A DNA stretch of 22,347 nt from Verrucomicrobiota bacterium (GTDB lineage Bacteria > Verrucomicrobiota > Lentisphaeria > Lentisphaerales > Lentisphaeraceae). A model generated the notes under the pieces. It was not told the DNA's origin and made no database searches. It saw nothing but the letters and a program-made list of their open reading frames with translations. The stretch lies in contig JBDKFG010000102.1 in the NCBI GenBank assembly GCA_039798785.1, positions 1 to 22,347 on the forward strand, in the 5' to 3' direction. The translations under genes and the position numbers were made by a program. Numbering within the stretch: the first letter of the stretch is position 1; each line of letters begins with the position of its first letter. Shown here one piece after another: positions 1 through 6,656 of this stretch.

Positions 1-109
1 GGCGCCGCAAGCGCCGGGACTGGTGGCGCCGCAAGCGCCGGGACTGGTGGCGCCGCAAGCGCCGGGACTGGTGGCGCCGCAAGCGCCGGGACTGGTGGCA
101 CCGCAAGCG
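1..109 (+). repeat. 24-bp coding tandem repeat GCGCCGCAAGCGCCGGGACTGGTG (APQAPGLV)
   Basis: Identical copies at 2-25, 26-49, 50-73 and 74-97, plus a partial copy at 98-109. The array runs off the left edge of the window. Confidence 0.97.
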
Positions 110-1792
110 GCTCCACAAACGCCGTCTGAAGAAAACCTTGCGCATGAGCCAGAGAAGAAGACTTACACTTTCAAATCCGAATTCGCGCCCGCAGCAGCGG
201 AGTCATCCGGCATTGCGTTGCGATCGCCTCTGGCGATTGCCGGCTTTGTGGCGGCGATGATGCTGACTGTCAGCCTGGCGGCCTGGGGAATTAGCCGCTC
301 GATGCCAAAGGAAGAGGCTGACCTAGGGGCATTGCTCGATGCTGCGAATTCTGGGTCGGCTGGGAATCCAGACATCGAGGCGGCCTTGCGTCCCGAAGCC
401 ACCAAGTTGACGGAGCCGGAGGAGTTCTCGGCTTCGGAGGGAGCGAAACTTGTCCGTTGCGCCTTTGAATATCAGCGGCGACTGCCGCCGGAGGAGTTGC
501 AGGCGGTGAGGGATCGAGGCTTTCGGATCGAGATGTGGCTGGCCCTCGACTCCTTGCCGCCGGGAGAGTGCGTTTTGGCCGCTCTCGATGAATTTGAAAT
601 CGGCATGGATGCCGAGGGCAAGCTTTTCGCGGCCTTGCCGGAGGCGACTCTCACCTGCCCCAAAGCCTTTAATCGAGACGGCACGCTTTATCACGTCCTG
701 GCGGAAAGCGATGGCCGCAAGGCCCGTTTGTGGGTCAATGGCAAGTTGCGTGACGAGGGCAAGGCCGTGGTCGTCAATGAAGGAGTTTTCGTCGCCGGCT
801 CCGGCACAGCCAATCCCGGGGTTCTTATCGACCAGATACTGCTTGCCATCGGCCCTGGTACGGAGGAGGTGAATCATCCTCTCAAGGCCGGTGCGGACAG
901 GCTTTGCTATTTACCATTCGAGGCCGAGGGGGCGGGCGTGGTATTGCGGCATTCGCAAGCGCCCCTGTCGCTGCACTCCAGTCTTTACGTCGAGGCGGCC
1001 GATCGTCTCAAAGCCTTGCGGCTGGCGCTGGGCAAGCGAGGCGAGCCGCAGGGTTTCGAGTCGTTCCGTCTGCCCCCCGTCGACCCCGCCTGTGGCCAGA
1101 TCAAAGCGATGATGCCGGCGGCGAATCCGGTCGATGTGGTTTCACGTCCCGGGGATTCGCCGCTGATGAAGTCCTGGCGTGCGTATGCTTCGAAAGTGCA
1201 GTCACAGTTTCCTTCTGCGGATTTCGGTTTCGCCGTGCCTGCCACAACAGCTCAGATTCAGCGCTTCGAGTCCGTGATCGGCCATCCTTTGACCGCGGAG
1301 TTCCGCGAACTCTACCTCGTCGGCAATGGGCAGCGGCCAAATGCCTGGTCGATTCTCCGGCCGCGCGAGTTCCGCCTCCTGTCGTTGGAAGAAGCGTTTA
1401 AGTTCTGGACGGTGATGAAGCCGCTCGCCGGCAAGGACAGGGAAGCCGCCGATCTAGCGCTTCTCGGGGCTGATTTCAACACTGGGAAGGTTCGCGATGT
1501 GAACCGCTGGAGCACCGCCTGGGTACCAGTCGCTATTGAAGGCGAGAGCTATCTCTGCATTGACTACGACCCGACGGCGAAAGGTCGTTCCGGCCAACTC
1601 ATCGTAGTGACCCCGAGCACGGGGGGGCCTCTTCACGGCGCTTCCGGAGTGGAGTATTTCGGCGACAATTTGCAGGCACATTACGATCATCTGCTCGAGG
1701 CACTGAAGAGCGGCGCCTTGAAGTTCGATAATGACGGCGACGGTCCCTACACCGAAGCCGAGTTACGGGATCTCAATTCACCAGATTATTGA
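1..1792 (+). CDS. 5'-truncated membrane-anchored protein: Pro-rich repeat region, one TM helix, LamG/concanavalin-A-like domain, C-terminal SMI1/KNR4 (SUKH) domain
   Basis: The frame is open from base 2, so the true start lies upstream of the window. Hydrophobic helix LAIAGFVAAMMLTVSLAAWGI. LamG-like motifs FRIEMW...LYHVLAESDGRKARLWVNGKL...LIDQI. SMI1/KNR4 motifs PATTAQIQRFESVIGHPLTAEFRELYLVGNGQ, LLSLEEA and WVPVA...YLCIDYDP...GQLI. Confidence 0.8.
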   Translation, partial: APQAPGLVAPQAPGLVAPQAPGLVAPQAPGLVAPQAAPQTPSEENLAHEPEKKTYTFKSEFAPAAAESSGIALRSPLAIAGFVAAMMLTVSLAAWGISRSMPKEEADLGALLDAANSGSAGNPDIEAALRPEATKLTEPEEFSASEGAKLVRCAFEYQRRLPPEELQAVRDRGFRIEMWLALDSLPPGECVLAALDEFEIGMDAEGKLFAALPEATLTCPKAFNRDGTLYHVLAESDGRKARLWVNGKLRDEGKAVVVNEGVFVAGSGTANPGVLIDQILLAIGPGTEEVNHPLKAGADRLCYLPFEAEGAGVVLRHSQAPLSLHSSLYVEAADRLKALRLALGKRGEPQGFESFRLPPVDPACGQIKAMMPAANPVDVVSRPGDSPLMKSWRAYASKVQSQFPSADFGFAVPATTAQIQRFESVIGHPLTAEFRELYLVGNGQRPNAWSILRPREFRLLSLEEAFKFWTVMKPLAGKDREAADLALLGADFNTGKVRDVNRWSTAWVPVAIEGESYLCIDYDPTAKGRSGQLIVVTPSTGGPLHGASGVEYFGDNLQAHYDHLLEALKSGALKFDNDGDGPYTEAELRDLNSPDY

Positions 1793-1807
1793 AGAGGAGG
1801 CGGCTGT

Positions 1808-2542
1808 ATGGGCTCGGTCTATTATGATGATCTCAGCGTGACAGCTGTGAAGGCGGAACCGGAGGAGCGTGCGGCCTTCATACGCCGCACCTATCTCCAC
1901 CTGACCGCCGCGATTGGGCTCTTCGCTCTCGGCGAGGTGATCGCCTTCAAGATCGGCTTTGCGGCGCAATGGTTCATCTTTGTCTGTGGTCTCGGCAAGG
2001 CCGGCTGGTTACTGATGGTGGCGATGATTGTCGGTGCTGGATGGGTGGCTGAGAAGATGGCTAAGTCCGGCAACCGAAAAATCGAGTATGCCGGACTTGG
2101 AATCTACATCATCGGCGAGATCATCATCTTCATCCCGATCTTATTGATTGCGACTAGCTTCTGTCCTCCGTCGGTACTTTACCAGGCGATCGTCATCACG
2201 CTTGCACTGGTCGGGGGATTGAGCACGGTGGTCTTCGCCACCCGCCAGGATTTCTCCTTCCTCGGCAGCATTCTGGCGGTGACTGGCATGCTGGCTTTCG
2301 GCACCGTCATCTGCGGCATCTTCTTCGGCTTCAATCTCGGTCTCGTCTTCGCCTCCTTGATGCTGGTCTTTGCCTCGGGGTGCATCCTTTACACCACCTC
2401 GAAGATCCTTCATTACTATCCTGTCGACGGGCATGTCGGAGCCTCGTTGGAGCTTTTCGCCGCGGTCATGCTGATGTTCTGGTATGTCCTGCGGATCTTG
2501 ATGATTCTGAGCCGCTTCGGGTCTGGTGGCGACGACGATTGA
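1808..2542 (+). CDS. Bax inhibitor-1/YccA family membrane protein
   Basis: ERAAFIRRTYLHL N-terminal motif, about 7 hydrophobic helices, TRQDFSFLG, ILYTTSKI and SLELFAAVMLMFWYVLRIL. GGAGG Shine-Dalgarno sequence just upstream. Confidence 0.9.
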   Translation: MGSVYYDDLSVTAVKAEPEERAAFIRRTYLHLTAAIGLFALGEVIAFKIGFAAQWFIFVCGLGKAGWLLMVAMIVGAGWVAEKMAKSGNRKIEYAGLGIYIIGEIIIFIPILLIATSFCPPSVLYQAIVITLALVGGLSTVVFATRQDFSFLGSILAVTGMLAFGTVICGIFFGFNLGLVFASLMLVFASGCILYTTSKILHYYPVDGHVGASLELFAAVMLMFWYVLRILMILSRFGSGGDDD

Positions 2543-2544
2543 GG

Positions 2545-2587
2545 ATGGGCGGCGCAAGCTCCGCAGGCGGGGCTAGATTCCGCCCAT
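2545..2587. other. intergenic stem-loop
   Basis: ATGGGCGG (2545-2552) pairs with CCGCCCAT (2580-2587), with an inner AGCTCCGC/GCGGGGCT stem. No U tract follows. Confidence 0.45.
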
Positions 2588-2604
2588 GCCGATGAGGAGA
2601 CACG

Positions 2605-3777
2605 ATGAAGAAGGAAACCCTTGACCGTCTGCAGGAGCGGATGGGGCAGATGGATGCCGCCGGAGTGCAGGCCTGGCTGCTGCGTCTGGCCCGTGAAAAG
2701 GGGCAGCTGGAGGCGGTTTTCGATGCCATCCGGGAAGGGATCCTGCTGCTCAATCCGAATCAAGAGATCGAATACGCCAACCGCGCCGCGGTACAGCTTC
2801 TGGGGTTACCTGGAGATCATTTCGGCGGACGAATCGGCCGTTTCGTCCGCGGTGTCGACTGGGATTCGATGCTGCCGGCCGCAGCGGGCGGGCCGGGATT
2901 CGTCCGCAGCGAGATCGAGATCTTCTATCCTGAGCACCGCTTCCTGATGCTCAGCGCCGTCCCCCAGTCGGGCGAGGCTGGCCAGCCCGAGCGCATCGCC
3001 GTCGTCCTCCATGATGTCAGCGACATGCATCAACGTGCCGCAAGCGACAAGGAGGTCGAGACGGTGAGGATGCTTACCCTTCTGGCTGCCGGTCTGGCGC
3101 ACGAGCTAGGCAATCCCTTGAACAGCCTGAGCATTCATCTGCAGCTGCTGGGGAGGCTGGCCAGGCGCCTGCCCGAGACGGACGCGCCCGAGGCGCAGGA
3201 GCTGGTCGAGGTCTGCTCCGGCGAAATCAAGCGGCTTGACACCTTGGTGCGGCAGTTTCTGGGCGCGATCCGGTCGGAGCACAAGACCGAATTCAAGCTG
3301 CAGGTGCTGCAGCAACTGCTGCGGGAATCGCTCGAGTTCATGCGCAGCGAGATCCAGCAGCGCGATATCCAGGTAGAGGCTTCGTGGCGCGACGATCTAC
3401 CCGGCATACTCGGCGACGGCGTGCAGCTGAAGCAGGCGTTCTTCAATCTGCTCAAGAACGCCATCCAGGCGATGCCGCAGGGCGGGCGCCTCGCCATCTC
3501 CTGCAGCGCGGAGGAGGAGTTCCTGCGGGTGGACTTTGCCGACAGCGGTTCCGGCATTCCGCTTCAGAACATGGGGAGGCTTTTCGAGAGCTTCGAGAGC
3601 AACCGTCCGGGCGGCACCGGACTTGGGCTGTTCATCGTCGAGCGCATCGTCCGCGATCATGGAGGCAGGCTGGGCGTGGCGACACGCGAGGGGGAGGGCA
3701 CGATTTTTTCGATCTGGCTGCCCCTGCCAGAGCGTCAGGCCCGACGGATAGAGATGGCGGCGATCGAATCACCTTGA
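2605..3777 (+). CDS. cytoplasmic PAS-domain sensor histidine kinase (NtrB/AtoS-like)
   Basis: PAS entry FDAIREGILLLN...YANRAAVQLLG. H box LAHELGNPLNSL, N box QAFFNLLKNAIQAM, G1 DSGSGI, G2 GTGLGL. GAGGAG SD. No TM helix. Confidence 0.93.
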   Translation: MKKETLDRLQERMGQMDAAGVQAWLLRLAREKGQLEAVFDAIREGILLLNPNQEIEYANRAAVQLLGLPGDHFGGRIGRFVRGVDWDSMLPAAAGGPGFVRSEIEIFYPEHRFLMLSAVPQSGEAGQPERIAVVLHDVSDMHQRAASDKEVETVRMLTLLAAGLAHELGNPLNSLSIHLQLLGRLARRLPETDAPEAQELVEVCSGEIKRLDTLVRQFLGAIRSEHKTEFKLQVLQQLLRESLEFMRSEIQQRDIQVEASWRDDLPGILGDGVQLKQAFFNLLKNAIQAMPQGGRLAISCSAEEEFLRVDFADSGSGIPLQNMGRLFESFESNRPGGTGLGLFIVERIVRDHGGRLGVATREGEGTIFSIWLPLPERQARRIEMAAIESP

Positions 3778-3809
3778 CATCCGCAAGCGCGCCGGCGGCA
3801 TCAGATAGA

Positions 3810-4649
3810 TTAGCAGGAGAGAACTTGAATCGTCTGCGTGCCGGACCAGATCTCGCCGGGCTTGAGATGCACCGGCGACAGTGCCGCCGCCTCGACGCAG
3901 AGCATTTCGAGGTGCTCGCCTTCGACCATGTCGGCGAGTTTACGTATCCCTTCGACCCAGGGATTCCAGACGACTGCATCGGGGAATCCTGCAGAGCTGA
4001 TTTTGAATTTCCGGGCTGCGGCGGGGTCTTCGAGAAGCAGGGATGCGGGAACGTCGAAATAGCTGCGGTCGATGCTCATCGCCGGCTGGAGAGGGGCGGA
4101 ATCCGGCGACAATCTTCTGGTGGCGTCGCCGAGATGGTCGCGCCAGGAGCAGGAAGAGAGTCCGTGGAGGCGGGCCAACGAGGCATCGGCGAGGCGGAGA
4201 TAGGTGTGAAGGGCGGCAGTGAACTCCAGGGGCACTTCGCCGGAGTTGGCGACGCTGAGGCGCACGCTGAGGGAATCGGCGGCGAGACTGAGGGTCAATC
4301 GGGCCAGGAAGGAACGGGGCCAGAGGGCGCGGATGGCCTGGTCGGGAAGCAGTTCGAAAGCAGCCTGGGGGCGCCCCTCGGAGTCGATCCCGGGCAATCC
4401 GGGAATGGCATGCCAGAAGCGGTTGCGGGCGAAGCCGTGGCGGGGGAGGGGGCCGGAGCTGCTGAATTGCGGAAAGATCACCGGGATGCCGCCGCGGATG
4501 GCCGTGCCTTCCTGGAACTGGCTGCCGCGCGACAGGAAGAGCGCTTCGTCCCCGCCGGCGGGGACGAAGGACAGGACGTGGGCTCCGTAGGGGCTGACGC
4601 GGGCGCGGCTACCCGAAGGGTGTGCGAGGGTGATTTCGGGCAGCGGCAT
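3810..4649 (-). CDS. D-hexose-6-phosphate mutarotase (aldose 1-epimerase family, YeaD-like)
   Basis: GAHVLSF, AIRGGIPVIFPQF, HGFARN, FTAALHTY, DAVVWNPW and MLCVEA motifs. Confidence 0.93.
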   Translation of the reverse strand: MPLPEITLAHPSGSRARVSPYGAHVLSFVPAGGDEALFLSRGSQFQEGTAIRGGIPVIFPQFSSSGPLPRHGFARNRFWHAIPGLPGIDSEGRPQAAFELLPDQAIRALWPRSFLARLTLSLAADSLSVRLSVANSGEVPLEFTAALHTYLRLADASLARLHGLSSCSWRDHLGDATRRLSPDSAPLQPAMSIDRSYFDVPASLLLEDPAAARKFKISSAGFPDAVVWNPWVEGIRKLADMVEGEHLEMLCVEAAALSPVHLKPGEIWSGTQTIQVLSC

Positions 4650-4658
4650 CGGGGGTGG

Positions 4659-5810
4659 TCAGCTTTGCTGGACGACGCGGGCCGTCTGGGGGAGGCGGGT
4701 GGTGAGGACGCTGTCGAGGGCGAGGCTGAGGGCGTCGAAGCTCAGGGGCTGGTTGAGGAATCCATCGGCGCCGGCTTTGAGCGCTTCATGGCGGCTGGTG
4801 TCGCTGCCGGCGGGGCCGAGGATGAAGACGGCGGTGCGGGGGCGCATCTGAGTCAATTCGCGGTTGCGCAGCATGCGCAGCAAGGCGAGGCTTCCGGCGC
4901 CACTGGTCTTGGGGTCGATGAGAACGGCGGCGAACTGGATGTTTTCGAGAAGGACCTGGGCGGTGATGGCGTCGGCGGCTCGAAGCGGCTCTCCTCCCAT
5001 GCGGGAGATCTGCAAGGCCGCCTTTTCCCGCATGATCGGATCTTCGTCGACGACGAGGATGCGCGAGCGGGTGGGTTCGATGGAGCGGCATTCGGCGGCG
5101 GCGGCGAGGGCCATCGGGATGGAGCCGCAGGCGAAATGATCGCTGTCGATGTCGCTGTCGTTGATTTCGAGGTTGCCGCCGAGGAGAGCGGCGAGCTGAC
5201 CGGCGTGGCGCAGCAGCTGGGAGGACGGGTTGTCGGCGTCTTCGTCGCCGCGGCGCTCGTCGATCAGGGTGAAGTGGAGTTGGGCGCCGGGGCGGGAGCC
5301 ATCTTCGGGGTCGGCATCGATCTCGGTATGAAGGGAGAAACGGAGCCTCCCTTCGCCGAGAAGGGTGAGGGCTTCGTCGAGCAGAATGCTGAAGAGGCGT
5401 CCGAGGCGCTTGTGGTCGCCATAGAGCGCGACAGGAAGGGAGGAGGACACTTGCAAGACGACGCCGGCGGCGCGGGCGGCAGTGCGCCGGGGGGCGAGCA
5501 GAGCTTCGAGCCAGGGGCCGGTGAGGAAGGGCCGCGGCTTGACGAGGATGCTTTCTCCCTGGCCGCTGCGGGACTGCTCGAGAAAGCTGACGAGCAAGGT
5601 GCTGGCTGCGGCTCCGGCGCCTCGCGCCAGTTCGACATGGACTTTCTGCGCCGTGCTCAGGTTGTCGCCTTTGATCTGGTTGAGATGGCTCATCATCAGA
5701 TGCAATTGCGAGCGCATCGCCAGGCTAAGGTTTTCGAGAACCTCAGTCTGGGCCAGGCCATGAGTTTCTGCAAGGCGCTTCTGCGCCGCGAGGGAGGGGT
5801 CTGAGGACAT
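4659..5810 (-). CDS. degenerate hybrid histidine-kinase-like protein with C-terminal receiver domain
   Basis: HisKA/HATPase-like scaffold (ALYGDHKRLGRLFSILLDEAL, LHFTLID, LAALLGGNLEI) lacking catalytic motifs. Receiver ILVVDED...FAAVLID...ALKAGADGFLNQP. ATG at 5810 chosen; the ORF track start is TTG at 5837. Confidence 0.75.
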   Translation of the reverse strand: MSSDPSLAAQKRLAETHGLAQTEVLENLSLAMRSQLHLMMSHLNQIKGDNLSTAQKVHVELARGAGAAASTLLVSFLEQSRSGQGESILVKPRPFLTGPWLEALLAPRRTAARAAGVVLQVSSSLPVALYGDHKRLGRLFSILLDEALTLLGEGRLRFSLHTEIDADPEDGSRPGAQLHFTLIDERRGDEDADNPSSQLLRHAGQLAALLGGNLEINDSDIDSDHFACGSIPMALAAAAECRSIEPTRSRILVVDEDPIMREKAALQISRMGGEPLRAADAITAQVLLENIQFAAVLIDPKTSGAGSLALLRMLRNRELTQMRPRTAVFILGPAGSDTSRHEALKAGADGFLNQPLSFDALSLALDSVLTTRLPQTARVVQQS

Positions 5811-5897
5811 GTTCACCGTCCTTGAAATTCCGGCCAAGTTAACTCCGCCTCAGAATCTTCACAACCGCATGACAGCAATAAGTTAAAAAGAATGTTC

Positions 5898-5928
5898 AAG
5901 GCGCCGCTGTGCGGTCGCGGCGCCTTTT
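5898..5928. terminator. stem-loop downstream of nitroreductase gene
   Basis: AAGGCGCCGC (5898-5907) pairs with GCGGCGCCTT (5917-5926), immediately after the stop at 5933. Confidence 0.5.
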
Positions 5929-5932
5929 CGCG

Positions 5933-6574
5933 TCAGCGGTATTCGAGGATCTGTTCGCTGGCGAAGCGGACCTTGGCGGCGGCGGCGTATTTATCGTCGG
6001 CGGCGCGGTAGCCGGCGGCGCAGGCGACAACGGTGGCGAAGCCGCGTTCCGGCAATCCGAGCTCCTTGTCATACTTGGCGGCTTCGATGCCTTCGAGGGG
6101 GCAGGTGTCGACCTGGAGCAACGCGGCGGAGGTCATGAAGTTGCCGAGGGCGATGTAGGCCTGTCGTGCGGCCCATTCGTTGGCATGGAGCGAACGCGGA
6201 CCGTGGACGACGTCACCCAGCATCATCTTGCGGTAGCCCTCGATGCTGGCGGCTTCGATGCCCCGGACTTCGGCAGTGCGGGCGATGAAACGGTCGACAT
6301 GGGCCGCGTCGACATTCTTGCGGATGGCGAAGACGACGAGGTGCGAGCAATCGGCGACTTGCCGCTGGTTCCATGAGTAGGGAACCAGTCGCTCCATGAT
6401 TTCCTTGTTGGTGACGACGACGAATTTCCATGGTTGCAGGCCGTAGGAGGAGGGGGTCAGGATGAGCGACTCGGCTAGCGCCTTCCAGGTTTCAGAAGGG
6501 ATTTGACGGCTGGAGTCGAACTTCTTGGTGGCGTAGCGCCAGTTCATCGCTTGGACGAGCTTGTCGGGGTTCAT
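5933..6574 (-). CDS. NAD(P)H-dependent nitroreductase family protein (NfsB-like)
   Basis: WRYATKKFD, LTPSSYGLQPWKFVVV, WAARQAYIALG and VDTCPLEG motifs. Confidence 0.95.
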   Translation of the reverse strand: MNPDKLVQAMNWRYATKKFDSSRQIPSETWKALAESLILTPSSYGLQPWKFVVVTNKEIMERLVPYSWNQRQVADCSHLVVFAIRKNVDAAHVDRFIARTAEVRGIEAASIEGYRKMMLGDVVHGPRSLHANEWAARQAYIALGNFMTSAALLQVDTCPLEGIEAAKYDKELGLPERGFATVVACAAGYRAADDKYAAAAKVRFASEQILEYR

Positions 6575-6607
6575 CTCGGGATCTCCATGCTGGTTCTGGG
6601 AAAGGAG

Positions 6608-6642
6608 GCGCCGTCCGGCGATGGCATCGCAGCGGACGGCGC
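6608..6642 (-). terminator. GC-rich hairpin after the Lys-rich repeat protein gene
   Basis: GCGCCGTCCG (6608-6617) pairs with CGGACGGCGC (6633-6642), with an inner GCGAT/ATCGC stem. A pyrimidine tail follows on the minus strand, without a strong U run. Confidence 0.5.
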
Positions 6643-6656
6643 TAGGGGGGCGGCGT

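Noticed and set aside
1..109. 24-bp repeats as a CRISPR array
   Set aside because: They are head-to-tail with no spacers, in frame within a CDS, and no cas genes are present.
3384..5804. 806-aa plus-strand ORF
   Set aside because: It is antisense to the mutarotase and pseudo-kinase genes and has no recognisable motifs. This is a typical shadow ORF of high-GC coding DNA.
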